Shown here piece after piece: positions 38,385-52,359 of a stretch of DNA of 64,000 nt; positions within the stretch are counted from its first letter, which is position 1; each line of letters begins with the position of its first letter. The notes below the pieces were generated by a model that worked only from the letters and a program-made list of their open reading frames with translations, was not told where the DNA came from and did not search any database. Position numbers and translations under genes: made by a program. The DNA comes from Carcharhinus longimanus (Eukaryota): positions 77,766,882-77,830,881 of the forward strand of contig JASCQW010000132.1 of the NCBI GenBank assembly GCA_030264375.1, read 5' to 3'.

Positions 38385-39110
38385 ATTTCTCTAGCTTGGA
38401 CAATGCAGAATGATCATTTTCCTGAGAATTTTCTGAATGGCAAGGTAGCAAGAACAATGTGGCCAGTGAGGTGCTCAAAGCTGCATTTCAAGGATGCTTG
38501 CCAGCATGGCATGAAGACCATAAACAATGATTCTCACACTTGGGGACACTGGCTGATGACAGAGAAAACAGTAGCATTACCTGTGGGCCGGCATGCACCA
38601 CCATGATGATCAGTGTCTACAGCAGCCTAGCAACAGGTGCCAACACCAAAAACAATGACACTCATTAACACATGTTCATCATTTTGTATCTTTTTCTAAA
38701 GCAGTCCAATGAGATAGAGAATAACTCAGGTTTAAAGGGCTCTGAGATGGCTGATAAATGAACTGGAGATCTGTAGATTCTGCCTTCTGGAGCATGTGGT
38801 TCCTGAAGGATCAGGTGAATGAATGTTTTCAGTTTTGTGCACTTTCTGACTCCTGGCTTTGCCTCTGCACAATCCCAATTAAATTTTTCAATGCATCAAG
38901 TACTTCGTTGAATAAACCTCGAATTTGATCAGTGTTAAGTGAGGGACTTCCTTGCGTCGGCAGAGATACTTGATCTCTTCTGGAATAATTTCAGGATATC
39001 CCTAGTTCATTTCTGTACCACTTCATATGTGGTACATGGCAAAACCTGCCTCTCTCAGTTTGGCCTTTTCAGCCACTGGCAAAAGTTCACTATATGAAAC
39101 TACCTTATCC
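38385..39110. mobile_element. Two RTE-like LINE 3' remnants in opposite orientation
   Basis: + strand P..FL.G..KLHFKDACQHGMK; - strand similar to 19000-19400. Confidence 0.5.
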
Positions 39111-39634
39111 CCAGTGGATGAGATTTTCTGTGTGTCAATTACCATACACCAATGGAAGGATGGCAATGTTGAAGCTATACTGGGAAATAATGTGTCGTGT
39201 CATACAGTTGGTATGCATTGGCGTTCAAACTTGTACTATTGCGCAAAGTAAGGAATATATTTTTGTTGTTAATTAACTAATATTATATTGGAATTCCTAA
39301 ACAAGGTTTGCTGTGCAGTTTCTTTTCTCTGCTGCCTTTCTTGGGTTTTATCACATATACATTTCAACTCTTCCTTTGCAGGGCCCATGTTTCTTCATTT
39401 TAAAAATAATGAATACCCTAATAATATACACACTTTATAAGCATTTAACATGATGTATTATTTTATTACCAAGTTGCTGAATTTTGACTGGTTTTATGGT
39501 GCATATGAAATATTTATATAGTACCAACATAAGANNNNNNNNNNNNNNNNNNNNNNNNNNNNNNNNNNNNNNNNNNNNNNNNNNNNNNNNNNNNNNNNNN
39601 NNNNNNNNNNNNNNNNNNNNNNNNNNNNNNNNNN

Positions 39635-39710
39635 TTTTTTAACTGGTCGGCGCAACATCGTGGGCCGAAGGGCCTGTTCTGCGCTGTAATGTTCTATGTT
39701 CTATGTTCTT
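39635..39710 (+). mobile_element. CR1 LINE 3' tail
   Basis: 'gtcggcgcaacatcgtgggccgaagggcctgttctgcgctgtaatgttctatgttctatg'. Confidence 0.85.
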
Positions 39711-39774
39711 TGTAGAGCTCACCACACTATTAGATACTGTCGGCTGAGATGGAATTTGGAAAATGCTATCTGGA

Positions 39775-40092
39775 ATGGCACGGTGGCACAGTGGTTAGCA
39801 CTGCTGCCTCACAGTGCCAGGGACCCAGGTTTGATTCCCGGCTTGGTAACTGTCACTGGTCACTGTCTGTGCGGAGTTTGCACATTCTCCCTGTATCCAC
39901 GTGGGTTTCCTCTGGGTGCTCCAGTTTCCTCCCACAGTCCAAAGATGAGCAGGTTGGGTGGATTGGCCATGCTAAATTGTCCCTTAGTGTCAGGGGAACT
40001 AGTTAGGCTAAATGCATGGGGGTATGGGGATAGGGCATGGGTGGGATTTTGGTTGATGGGCCGAATGGCCTTCTGCACTATGATTCTGTAGA
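39775..40092 (+). mobile_element. HE1-like SINE, near full length
   Basis: tRNA head with A/B boxes, 'ggattggccatgctaaattg' core and CR1-derived tail. Confidence 0.92.
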
Positions 40093-40665
40093 TTTGGGCA
40101 TCCTCAAGGTACCTCAGCATTCTCCACTAACTGCACAAAGACCTGATATTGTAAAATTTGTATGTTTCCAATGAAGTTATAATGTTATTTGAGTTATTGC
40201 CACAACTAAAAACTTGAAAAGTGAACATGAATAATTTAAAATAATTATTTTAGAATGTTGTTATAAATTTACTTGACAATTATGGGGACATGTGGACATA
40301 ATGCCTACATTGTTATTTGCAGATTTTAGCATTTTAATAAAATAACGAAAGTATAATTTCCATTTATGCCATTTCATCAGGTGGGTCTTTTGAAACAATG
40401 CATGTTGTGTGGGAGAATCCCAGCATAAATAAATAGCCTTGGTTTAAAGAGCTAAAACAAAATGCATTTTTGCTCGTGTTAAATTTTTAACTTGCATTTC
40501 ATCTGTTAAAAATACCATGTAGGAATCGCACAGAATACTTCTCAACACAACAGTTTTCAGCACAGGGTTCAGACGGGTTGACTGCATGAACTTCATAAGG
40601 TGTGATACAACGGAGCAAAGAACAAAAGGGGGGGGTGGCAATGGTATTAACTGTTTACATGGCTT

Positions 40666-40860
40666 GACACAGTAAGAAGTCTCACAACACCTGGTTAGAG
40701 TGCAACCAGTTTATTTGATAGTAATCTCACAAACTTTTGGAAACGGTGTTCCTTTGTCAGGCGTGTGGAAGGTTCTGATCAGAGAAGGGCATATAAAGTC
40801 ACACTCAGTTTACAGAATACTGATTAGAATGCAAGTCTTTACAGCTAACCTGCTATTCAA
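40666..40860 (-). mobile_element. Penelope-like terminal repeat with degenerate hammerhead
   Basis: Matches the left arm of the 14.2-kb palindrome; reverse strand reads cctgacaaaggaacaccgtttccaaaagtttgtg. Confidence 0.7.
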
Positions 40861-41039
40861 GTCTTAAAGAGACTACTACGTGGCTTGAGCCATGGCATCA
40901 TAAATGGTATCATAATCTTTTGATCTAATGTAACAATGAGAGATGGAGTTATCTGTCGCTTTTCGTTTCCATGTAACTTCAGCGTTTTAAAATCATATTT
41001 CTTGGATAAGCTTGCATGGAAAAGGCAATCGAGAGTCAT

Positions 41040-41950
41040 TGGGCAAAATATTATCAAAATGGCTGAGTGTTGGTTCCAGCACGAAAAGCAGAATGATTCC
41101 CGCTGATGGCACCAGTGTGTTTCAGGCCGAATCCTATGCCTCTTTAATAATAATTTTTATATCCATAAGAATCATGCTGCCCCTGCAGCATGTTCCCTCT
41201 GATTTGCCAGCTCTCCAACAACTTAACTGCTGCAAGCGCTAGGGAGATACATATAAACGGCTCCCCAATGCTTGTTCCACAATGACTTCAAGGGCTGACA
41301 AGCAAGAAGGCAGCAACACGCTTTTCAGAGGGGGCTCTCACCAGGATTCTGGATGGAGTGGAGCAAAGGTGGGACACACTCAACTCCACTCCAGGAGATT
41401 GCCTTCCAGCAGGGTGACCACCCCCACCTGAGATGCAGTGCAGCCCTGGTCAGTGCAAGTGCTCTCCAGAATGGATAGCAATATCTGAAAAAGATGAGTG
41501 ATCTTCTTTGCTCATCCAGGGTAAGTGAACCACTCCCAGTCTTCCACTGGACCCCTTGTGAACCCCTCACATCCCCAACCCTTTCTCGCATTCAGCCACT
41601 TTGGCCTTTGCCAACATCAGCCACCAGGTTCCCCCCCAATCCCCATCCCGTCCCGCAATCACCATGTTCCGTCAGTAGATGCTACGTTCCTCACACCATC
41701 TCCCACCCAAGTCCCATGCCTGACACACCTCATAACCATCTTAAATATCAACGCTCCCACCTACATTCTTCCACTCTGTGTCATTGTAGGACAAACTCAA
41801 CAACAACAGACATCAATGGGCACAGCCAGCTGGAGCCATGCCCGAGCTGAGAACCATGATGAGCATGCCCTCGATCTGGCCAGGGAGAAGGAAGACCATG
41901 CGTGTGCCAATTTGCATGGCAATGTAAAAAAAGTAGTTGAATGTTTGTGT
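41040..41950 (+). mobile_element. Harbinger relic with Myb/SANT-like exon
   Basis: TIR-like 'gggcaaaatatt'; AATRFSE..RILDGVEQRWDTL...AALVSASAL...KKMSDLL.SSR followed by the donor gtaagt at 41521. Confidence 0.7.
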
Positions 41951-43329
41951 TAAAAAGGAAAATGAGGATGTCTATTACGTTATGTATTGAAAGTGGAATG
42001 TATCATTCAGTTTTGTTTTGTTTTGCGTAAATAAAGCAATTTGGTTCAGAGCCTGAGTTTCAGTCTGAGTTTGTTGTTTCTTGACAGGAGAGTAATGTAA
42101 CTGTGCATGATATATTCTCTTAACTGGTGCACGCCACGATCCAATCTATGGAGTAAGTGCTGTTTTGTAATGAGCTCTGGCCCATGCTATTGTCTGCCTG
42201 GGTATTAGCAGAAATAGACACACACCAGGGTATGGAGAATGCCAGCTCCACTTATCAAGTGGCTTGGGACAATGAACCAGACAAAACAAATTGTTTAAAA
42301 ATCCAAAAACGTAATACCAACCTACTTCCAGCCTTCCACAAACTCTGAAACCTGCTACTAAGAGGCAGGTTTGAGTTAGGTTCCGTATGGTTTAACCTCT
42401 CATCCTGTCAGTAAATATACTGTTTGGATTTCTTCTCCATAGCATTGCTGAGACATTGTGGATTCAAATCCTCCCACAGCATGGTAAGGTCTGGTGCTCA
42501 GCCCCCTCTTACTTTATTTTTACTCCAAAGTTGTATAAGTTAAATTTTCTTGCCCTTGTTATATTTTATATTGGAATTTGTGTGACTTAACTTCACCCTT
42601 TTGTTAATTATTGAATTATATAGTTTTAACTTTCTTGAGATTTAAAATTGACACATGTTCCTTCACTGTTCAATATTGATTTTTTTTTATGGTGATGTGC
42701 CAGTTTGTCAGGGCTTGTCCCCTTAGAACATCCAAGAATGCTAACTATACTGCAATCCATTGCATTATGTCATGTATTAACAAATGGCATTAATGTTCAA
42801 ACCCTCATAAAAAATCAGATTTCAGGTAATAGGATACCATATAAACTGGGGATCACCACCCAACACATCCTCTAAATTATCAGTCTTCTTGTAGTATTGC
42901 CTCCAATTACAATGGCTCAATTAAGTGCCATAATGCACAGCACGAAAGAGAAAGTTTACAGACTTTTTTCCTATTATGTAGCATTATATAATAATGTAAA
43001 ATCCTAAATATCTTTTGTAGCACTGTTTCTGTAATTATCTAAGCCCCATCTTTCCTATACATGTTTCAAGGATCTTAAAGTTTAGTTTTTCACATGAAGA
43101 GAATCAAATATCAAAAGAAGTTGTGTTGAAGCTGTGCCTCTTTTATTTTTGGAAATATGATTTTTCAACTTTCAACTGATTAGAAATTGTGCAATTTGAA
43201 CTGAGCAAACAGCTTTAAATGCAGTGCCACATTCCAAGATGAAGGTGACGAATTTAACAAATCAGCCTTAGGATATTGTGAAGAGAGACACATTTTCTAT
43301 AATCCAAATATTCTTCAGAACTTGTAACT

Positions 43330-43963
43330 GTCTAAGGAGGAGATATGAAAGTTACAAAATAATGACCGCCACAGACAGACACACCCAAAACCTCTTGGAA
43401 CTCCACAATGGGTGATGTAATTCACAGGAAAGCTGCCAGCCACTCGAGAGGGATTGCAAATAACACAGTGTTAAGAAAGTCTTCAGTAGAAGAAACAAAT
43501 GGTGGGCTTCCTCTCCCCTCTTTCTTTTTGGAAAGAGAGTATCGTCCAGTTTGAAAAACGTTCACTACCAGAAATCAGCATACTGAGTTCTCATAATAAT
43601 TGCAACATCCTCTACATCTGAATGTATCTAAGAAAGCAGTTAATCTAAATTGGCTGTAACTTTTAAATTCTAAGCCTTGAGAACAATTGAAGGACACGTG
43701 TGTGTGTGTCTGCAGGGCAGCTGAATGCTTAATGTAGCCACTTATTATTGTCCTTGGGATTGATGATTAACAACATTGCTCTTTCTTTGCTTCAAGAAGA
43801 CTTTATTTGATTGAGTCATTATTGCACACAGCTTAAATAGTAAAATATATTCTAATTTGGAAGAGCATACCCTCAAATAAAGGAAACTTAAATCTTTGTT
43901 ATGACCAACTGAGGAAGCTGAATAGAGGGGGGCCAGTTTACCCCATCTTACCTGGTCATAACA
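43330..43963 (+). mobile_element. Possible solo LTR
   Basis: Ends 'cctggtcataaCA'; no flanking internal region seen. Confidence 0.3.
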
Positions 43964-45024
43964 AAGTATATTTAGGGAAAGAAGAGCTATAGATAATGAT
44001 ATGTTTAGGACTTTTCCTGCAGCCATCTGCTACTTAATTCTTGACTTGAAAATCTCCTGTTTTATTAATATAAAGACATGGATTTTCTACAGGAACATCA
44101 ATGGTTGAAGACAGTAGCTTATTTGTTTTTTGACACAAATTGAACACGGTGGATCTTAGAAGAAGCACAATAATGGTTTAAAAAGTTATCTGGATATTAA
44201 CTGAGTGAGTAAAATTTTTTGATGGGGGAAAGGAGAAGGCAGAATTCCAAAGGTGCCATAGAAGATGAGCACAATAGTAATCCTTTTCAGAGTTAAGCGA
44301 GCATTAATACAAGTCTCGCTTCTTGGCAACCCAGTACTATCAGTTGTGTGGAATTGTGTGATAATTAATTATGTTTCCTATTAGAAAGCCTGTCTCTATT
44401 TGATTTGGCCTAATGTATTGTTAAATTCTCCATATTGCAGCTGAATGATTCCAAGAGGGCAGGAAAATTTCAGCCACGGTGAGCTGTACCAATTCAGATG
44501 TTGTTATATAGTATTATAAAACTAAAACCTCGAGCATGCATTTCTCATTTGTTACATTTCTGCCTCTCTCTCCTACTCCTTCCTCAGTATAATACAATGC
44601 TAAACATAGACAGTGAGGCTCCCAAATGGAAAATTGTCCTGCATGGCTCTTTCTGTGGAAAAACCAGCCTTGCTGTCAGTTGCAAAATAAAAGTTCTTGA
44701 AAAAAGTTCTTAATTTTTGATTGATAAATGAGATTCCAGAATCAAATCTAGAGAACATAAATGCAGAATATGATTTATCTCCAAGAACAATGCTATAATC
44801 ACTATTTAATAGTCAAGTCCCCTTTCCCTTCAGTGAAGAAATACTAGTTTTATTTATATAAATCAGTACTTTCAATGCTCCTTCTGTGTTCCACTGTCCA
44901 CACATAATTCTGCCAAATGATCCTTCCTTTCAGCTAATTAGACTTGGCTCACCACCAACCCCCATCTTCACTTTGCTCCATTACTTAGCACTCTATCCAC
45001 TACTCTTTAACATTCAATGGTTTA

Positions 45025-45665
45025 CCTTCACTGAATTCCCCCACTGTCAACATCCTTGGGGTTACCATTGACCAGAATGTAACTGGACTCACCACTTAAA
45101 CACAGCCTCTTGCAGAGCAGGTAGTCTAGAAATACTGTGCCGAATAACTCTCCTACTGATTCCCCAAAGCCTGTCCACCATCTACAAGTCAGGACTGTGA
45201 TGGGATACTCCCCACTTGTCTGGATGGGTGCATCTCCAACAATGCTCAAGAAGCTTGATACCATCCAGAACAAGGCAGCCCACTTGATTGGCACCATATC
45301 CAGAAACACCCACTCCCTCCACCACTGATGCTCAGTAGCAGCAGTGTGTAAAATCTACAAGATGCACTGCAGCAATCCAAAGATCCTGAGACAGCACCTT
45401 CCAAACCCATGACCACTTCTACCTAGAAGGGCAAGGGCACCAGATATATGGGAACACTAGCACCCGCAAGTTTCCCTCCAAGCCACTCACCATCCTGATT
45501 TGGAAATATATCGCAGTAGCTGGGTCAACATCCTGGAATTCCCTCCTAAATGACATAAACAATTCAAGAAAGCAGCTTGCCACCACCTTCTCAATGGTAA
45601 TTAGGGATGAACAATAAATGCTGGCCAAGCAGTGACACCCTTGTCCTATGAATGAATCGAAAAAC
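45025..45665 (+). mobile_element. L2/CR1-clade LINE 3' end
   Basis: VRTVMGYSPLVWMGASPTMLKKLDTIQNKAAHLIG; 3' UTR ending 'atgaatgaa'. Confidence 0.85.
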
Positions 45666-45751
45666 CTCCTCCAGCCCACCCAACTCCCAAAGCTGTATTC
45701 ACTCTACACCGAATGCCATGTGTCAATCCCTGACTGGAAGCTAAATATCAC

Positions 45752-46097
45752 AATGGAGAGGTGATGGCCCAGTGATATTAATGCCAGATATTAACTCAGA
45801 AGCTCAGTTAATGTTTTGGGGACTCAGGTTTGATTGCTGTCTAGCAGATGATGGAAAATCAAATTCAATAAAAAATATCTGGGATTAAGAATCTACTGAT
45901 GACCATGAAAACCATTGTCAATTGTCAGAAAAACCTATCTGATTCACTAATGTCCTTATCTGGCCTGGCATACATGAGACTCCAGAGCCACAGCTACGTG
46001 TGGTTGTCTCTCAACAGCCCTTCAAGGGCAACTAGGGATGGGCTATAAATGCTGGTCATCCAGTGATACCCATGTCCCACGAATGAATTTAAAAAAA
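45752..46097 (+). mobile_element. tRNA-derived SINE with L2-like tail
   Basis: 'gatggcccagtg' head, 'gaccatgaaaccattgtc' core; tail shared with the LINE at 45025-45665. Confidence 0.75.
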
Positions 46098-46929
46098 TCC
46101 ACTATCCAGACATTAGAATATCCATGATCAACTAATTATTGACTTATTCTGACTTTCATCACATGTTCAAGTGCACTATTTTTCATTCATAAGTTAATTG
46201 CATTCTTTTTCTGTTTTGCATCGATTATGTTCTTTATGTAAATGAATTAGTCATTATGCTCATAATTCTTTTTCTCTTGTGCCAATGGTTATGAATTAGA
46301 TACGGCTACTCATTCCACTAAATTAACTAAAAAACAGATGAGAAGGAAATTTACAATAAAGGGCACTAGTTAGCAGATTATTAATATGCAGTATGTTCCT
46401 ATTGCCTGAAGGATAGGTGTGAGCTATCCTTAAATGCTTGGTTTACATGCGCACACCAAACGAAGACAGGATATGATTTATACCTGAGAACAGTACAAAT
46501 CACAAAATACTGTAAATCAAAGCACATTGTATATCGTGTGTACTCTGGGGAACTAGGTATAGAGTGTAATCTCAGAATTGGTAAATTATTATAACTGCAA
46601 GTCTGAATTCCTCAATCAGGGAACTGAGCAAATAGACTCTGCACTACACAGTTGTACCATGTGTGGATACTCTACCCATAAGAATCTAAACAAACTTTCC
46701 ATGCTATAAATAGCAAGGCTTTACAATCCAGAAGGAGCTCCAGACATCTGTTAAGAATATTTGTTCCCCCATGATATGGAATATTGTGGTAACTCAACTG
46801 GAGAAATAATTTGCTCCTGATAACCTGAATATGGGATTTTTAATTCAAAGTTCCATTATGAACAAGACTGAAGAATTCAGACACGACACTGTTGTTCAAA
46901 ACTGATTGTGCAGAGGTAAAAAGACTTTT

Positions 46930-47635
46930 ATATAGAAACATAGAAAATAGAAACAGGAGTAGGCCATTTGGCCCTTTGAGCTTGCTCTGCCATTCATTTT
47001 GATCTTGGCTCATCATCAAATTTAATATCCTGATCCCATCTTTCTCCCATATCCCTTGATCCCTTTAACCCCAAGAACTTTATCCAATTTTTCTTGAAAT
47101 CACACAATGTTTTGTCCTCACTACTTCCTGTGGTAGTGAATTCCACAGATTCACCACTCCCTGGGTAGAGAAATTTCTCCTCACCTCAGTTCTAATAGGT
47201 TTACCCTTTATCCTCAAACTATGAGCCTTATATCTGGACTCCCTCGTCATTGGGAACATTCTTTCTGAATCTACCCTGTCGAATCCTGTTAGAATTTTAT
47301 ACATTTTTATGAGATCCTCTCTCACTCTTCTAAGCTCCAATCAATACAATCCTAACCAACTTAGTCTCTCCTCATATAACAGACCTGCCATCCCAGGAAT
47401 CAGCCTGGTAAACCTTCACTGCACTCCCTCTATAGCAAGGACATTCTTCCTCAGATTAGGATGCCAAAACTGTACACAGTACTCCAGGTGTGCCCTGTAC
47501 AATTGCAGTAAAACATCACTTTTCCCATACTCAAATCCTCATGCTATGAAGGCCAACATACCATTTGCCTTCTTTATTGCCTGCTGAACCTGCGCGCTTA
47601 CTTCCAATAACTGATGCACGAGGACTCCAAGGTCT
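46930..47635 (-). mobile_element. CR1 LINE RT C-terminus and 3' UTR
   Basis: ELRRVREDLIKMYKIL..RNFSTQGVVNLWNSLP; atagaaac tail. Confidence 0.92.
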
Positions 47636-49011
47636 GTTCAACAAGTTACAAAATAAATCGTTCCAGGACAGAATACGACATGTCAACAAGGCTTTTATTG
47701 ATCTTGAGGCTGCTTTCTCAGTAGGGTTTAAATTGAACTAAAATAAAAAAGGAAAACTGCAAAGGCTGGAATTTTTGTTTATTTTACTCTTGAAAATGTC
47801 ATCATGAAAATGCATAGAGTGATAGAGTGTCTGTTATCTAAACAAACACTCCAATCAGATGCATCTCAGATACTGTTGACTCACAATTAAGCAGTACTTA
47901 ATCCTTAAGCAATGGACAGTTCCAGAGGAAGATGAACACAATGGGCAGCATATGTAAAAGAAAACATGCTTGAAAGCACATTAGAAAATTGAAATATAAA
48001 GCAATATGATTTCACAATCAACCGGTCAAAACCAAGGTCTGCACTCCTGGCACACCCAGTTGTGAATGGTGTTGGCTAATTAAACAATTAATGGGAGAAG
48101 GAGGCCCCATGTATAATTAGCTTCAAGTGGAAATGCTGAGTCAATTATCCACTTTACATTTTCTTGAGACTCCCAGCATCCTGAGCTATACAGAATCTTA
48201 GATATAGCACTGAAGAGCTGTGTGTCAAGATTAGCTGCACCTCCATCCACAATGCTCTGGTACAGCTACCACACTGGGATCCACCCGACAAAGTGAAATA
48301 TTGCTTAGGTACGTCCTGTCTACAAAACGTGTGTCACAGAACACAGAGTATCTTGGTTGCAAGTGTGGAAAATCTAGCAGGATGTAGAAGCACAATGGAC
48401 ATTCAATTGAGATTGATTGTTCCAGTTTACTGGGTACTAAATTGAAGCTATTAGCATGAACAGTAAATGGCTGCCAGCTAGAGATTACAGAGTAGACAGA
48501 ATGTGCTATCAATTTGCATACAAAGTTAATCTGACACCAGCTGTGATGTGTTGGAGCTCAATGCTCCAGAGGAGACAGTAGCATAGAGGTATGCCACTGG
48601 ATCAGGAATCCCAAGCTAATACTTTGGGGACAGTTGGAATTTAAGATCAATTTCTAAAACTTCAAATTGAAAGCAAGACTCAGTAATGGCGACTATGAAA
48701 CTATTATCCAATAACGAGAGTACTGGTAGAATGGCAGGGATGGGAGGTTGAATTCTAGCTCCCTGGGAGAGGACAGCTGGCTTCTGCTTCACTAAACTAT
48801 AGCTAGTCCCTTGGGGAAGGGGTGCGTAGGGGTAGTGGAGGGGTGCCTTGGCAATTCTACCAATCTGCTGGAGTTCCAAATGCTAAACTTCTATGACACC
48901 TTTGGGCACTGGCACCTGCAGTCATGATGACTGCCGTCTGAGCTTTCTCCATGGCACTCAGACGTTGTTTGCTGGTGCTCTGACATCAGCCTTCAGTTGC
49001 TGCGTCATTTA

Positions 49012-49345
49012 AAAAAAATAATTTCTCGGATATGAACATCACTGGCTAGACCAGCATTTATTGACCATCCCTAGTTGTCCTTGGGAAGGTGGTGGTGAAT
49101 TACCTTCTTGAATTGTTGCCATTTTTGAGGTGTAGATGCATCTAGAGTGCTGTTAGGAAGGGGGTTTCAGGTTTTTGTTCCAGTGATCCAGTGAAGGAAC
49201 AGTGATATATTTCCAAGTCAGGACAGTGAGTGACTTGGAGGGGAATGCCTAGGTCCTGGTGTTCTCAGGTATCAGCTGCCCTTGTCCTTCTAGATGGTAG
49301 CAGTCGTGAATTTGGAAGGTGCTGCCTAAGGAGCCTTGTTGAGGT
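49012..49345 (-). mobile_element. L2-like LINE 3' end
   Basis: Reverse of the 45400-45660 type UTR. Confidence 0.75.
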
Positions 49346-49379
49346 TGCCATGCGAATAGACCTTGGGCCCTGGAGTTTT

Positions 49380-50440
49380 TTAAAAGACAAAATTGTATCC
49401 AACTCCACTACTACCTCTGGCAGCTCGTTCCAGACACTCAACATCCTCTGTGTGAAAAAATTGCCCGTTAGGACTCTTTTCTATCTCACCCCTCTCGTGT
49501 TAAACCTATGCCCTCCAGTTTAAGACTCCCCTACCTTTGGAAAACAATCTTATCTATGCCCCTCATTATTTTATAGACTTCTATAAAATCACCCCTAAGC
49601 CTCCTACACTCCAGGGAAAATAGTCCCAGTCAATCTGGCCTCTCCCTATAACTCAAACCATCAAGTCCTGGTAGCATCCTAGGAAATCTTTTTTGCACTT
49701 TTCTAGTTTAATAATATCCCTTCTATAATATGGTCACCAGAACTGTTCGCAGTATTCCAAGTGTGGCCTTACCAATGTCTTGTACAACTTCAACAAAACG
49801 TCCCAACCCCTGTATTCAGCATTCTGACCAATGAAACCAAGCATGCCGAATGCCGCCTTCACTACTCTGTCCACCTTTGACTCCAATTTCAAGGAGCTAT
49901 GAACCTGTACTCCTAGATCTCTTTGTTCTTTAACTCTCCCTAATGCCCTACTATTAAGCAGGAGCAGGATGGTGGCAAGCACTGCTGCCTGACAGCGCCA
50001 GGGACCTGGGTTCGATTACAGCCTTAGGTCATGTAGCGCTTGTACATTCTCCCTGTGTCTGCGTGGGTTTTCTCCAAGTGCTTCAGTTCCCCCCCACTCC
50101 AAAGATGTGCAGGTTAGGTGAATTGGCCATGCGAAATTGACCCAAATGTCAGAGAATTAGCAGGCTAAATACGTGGGGTTACAGGAATAGGCCTGGGTGG
50201 GGCTGTGATTAGTGTAGACTCGATGAGCCATATGGACTCCTTCTGCACTGTAGTGATTCTATGATTCTATTCTATTAACTGAGTAAGTCCTGCCCCAATT
50301 CAATTTAACAAAATGCATCAACACATGTTTGTCTAAATTAAACTCCATCTGCTATCCATCGGCCCACTGGCCCAATTGATCAAGATCCTGTTGCAATCGT
50401 AGATAATCCTCTTCACTGTCCACTATGCCACCAATCTTGA
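49380..50440 (-). mobile_element. CR1 RT fragment split by a SINE
   Basis: EQRDLGVQVH..LYKTLVRPHLEYCEQFW; resumes after 50275; target duplication-like 'ctattaa' on both sides of the SINE. Confidence 0.88.
49960..50272 (+). mobile_element. HE1-like SINE
   Basis: 'agcactgctgcctgacagcgccagggacctgggttcgatt' head; gattctat tail. Confidence 0.9.
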
Positions 50441-51145
50441 CTGTAACCTCAACCCCCTTGTTAATCAAGAATCTATCTAGCTCTGCCTTAAAGATATTCA
50501 AAGCCTCTGCTTCCACTGCCTTTTGAGGAAGACGGTTCTAGAAACTCGCAAACCTCTGAGAGAAAAAAATTCTCCTCATCTCAGTCTTAATTGAATAACC
50601 TGTAATTTTTATACAGTGACCCCTAGTTTTAGATTCTCCGACAAAAGGTAACATCGTCTCCACATCCACCCCTGAGGATCTGATATGTTTTGATCAGGTC
50701 GCCTCTTTCTCTTCTAAACTCAAATGAATGCAAACCTGACCTCTCCAACGTTTTCTCAAAAGACAACCTGTCCATTCCTGCTATTAGTCCAGCAAACCTT
50801 CTCTGAACTGCTTCTAATACATTCACATCGTTCCTTATATAAGGAGACCAATACTGTACACAGTACTCCAGATGTAGCCTCTCTAGTCTCTTGTACAACT
50901 GAAACGTAACCTCCTTACTTTTGTAATCAATTCCCCGCACAATAAATTACGACATTTTATATTGGCTTTCCTAATTAATTGCTGTCCCTGTATACCAATC
51001 TTTTGTGATGTCATGCACAAGGACAGCCAGATCTCTCTGAATCTCAGACTCTGCAATATTCCACCATTTATATAATATGCTTCTTTTTTATTCTTCCTGC
51101 CAACATAAACAATTTCACATTTGCCCACAATATACTCCATTTCAT
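50440..51145 (-). mobile_element. CR1 RT C-terminal fragment
   Basis: RGIDYKSKEV..HLEYCVQYWSPY..LEAVQRRF. Confidence 0.9.
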
Positions 51146-52359
51146 GTGGCATCGTGGCTTTTAACAAACGTATGCTGTCCGTATGTGCTTGAGTTATGAT
51201 TAGAGTCATGAGCCATGTCAAAAGGTAGCACTTTGGTTTGTTGCATGGCCCAACATTAGACTGCAGCAGAATGAAGACATAATAACTGCTGCCAAAATAC
51301 TGGGCAATAACTTGCATTATATGCTACATATTGTCAGAATGTTGAAGGAGTGAGCTCCTATGTGGTTATGGGTCATTTCAGTTGACATGTGACTCTCAAA
51401 ATTTGACCTGCACACAATCAATACTACCCTGCATAATGGGGATGTCTACAATTCCCACAAAGCAACATGATCCAGCCTGGCAAAAGAGCATGAAATGTAT
51501 TCAGCCCTCTTGCACACAAAGTTTCAGCAACAGCAGCCAGCAAACTGTGAGATGTTGGAAATGGCGCATAAACAAACTAGGCATTTAAAGATTCATGGCT
51601 ATGGTCACCCTCATAGCTTCCGACTATGGTATCCTCATTTATTTTTCAGGTGTAGATGATTGATTTCAATAAGGATATCTTTAGTAAAGTGAAATTGTCT
51701 GGCACTCTGTTCCTTGCTGAGGTTTAGGTCAGAGAATTGGGCAGGTATGGCCACCTCGTCCCCTTCTCCTGTTTATAGCACCCGGTCCCGCTCGGTAGTC
51801 TCTCCTCCTTTTCCCTCCCATGTTACACTCCATGGTGGAAGCAGTCTACTGCATCGATATGTGATAGTTACAAGTTGATGCAGAATCCTTGAAGTCAGGC
51901 CAAAGTCCTTCCACACCTGGCATCACAACCGCCTATGGACCAACAATTTTAAATAACTCCAGACACTTCAACAATTACAGAAATTAACAATTAACTTGTA
52001 AGTAATAATGAACCTTTTAAATACTGCTGGTGGAGATTCCTTCCTGCTGTTGAATAAGTGATCAACAGTGCATAAGTTAGGGCACTGAGTTCTAAAATGG
52101 CAGCACTGGTGTCAAATCACATTTACCAGCTGATTGACATTATGAACTACCTATTCTGCATTTTTCCAGCAGACCTTTCCTGCACAAACTCTAATGCTAT
52201 TAACAAACTAACGTCTAGTGTGATTTAGAGCAGAAGTGTGCATGTGTGTCACAGATGTCATTTTGGAATCAAACTGTACTTGATGCTAAAAAGGTGAATT
52301 TTGTGGTATATCATTGTTGTTTCCTTTAGATTTTCCTCACTCTTATGGAAAATATTTTT

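Noticed and set aside
39696-40120. ORFs of 85-131 aa and a tRNA-like sequence
   Set aside because: HE1-like SINE. The head is tRNA-derived but no complete cloverleaf is evident.
41494-41953. 118-aa and 142-aa Pro-rich ORFs
   Set aside because: C-rich intron of the Harbinger Myb gene relic; low complexity.
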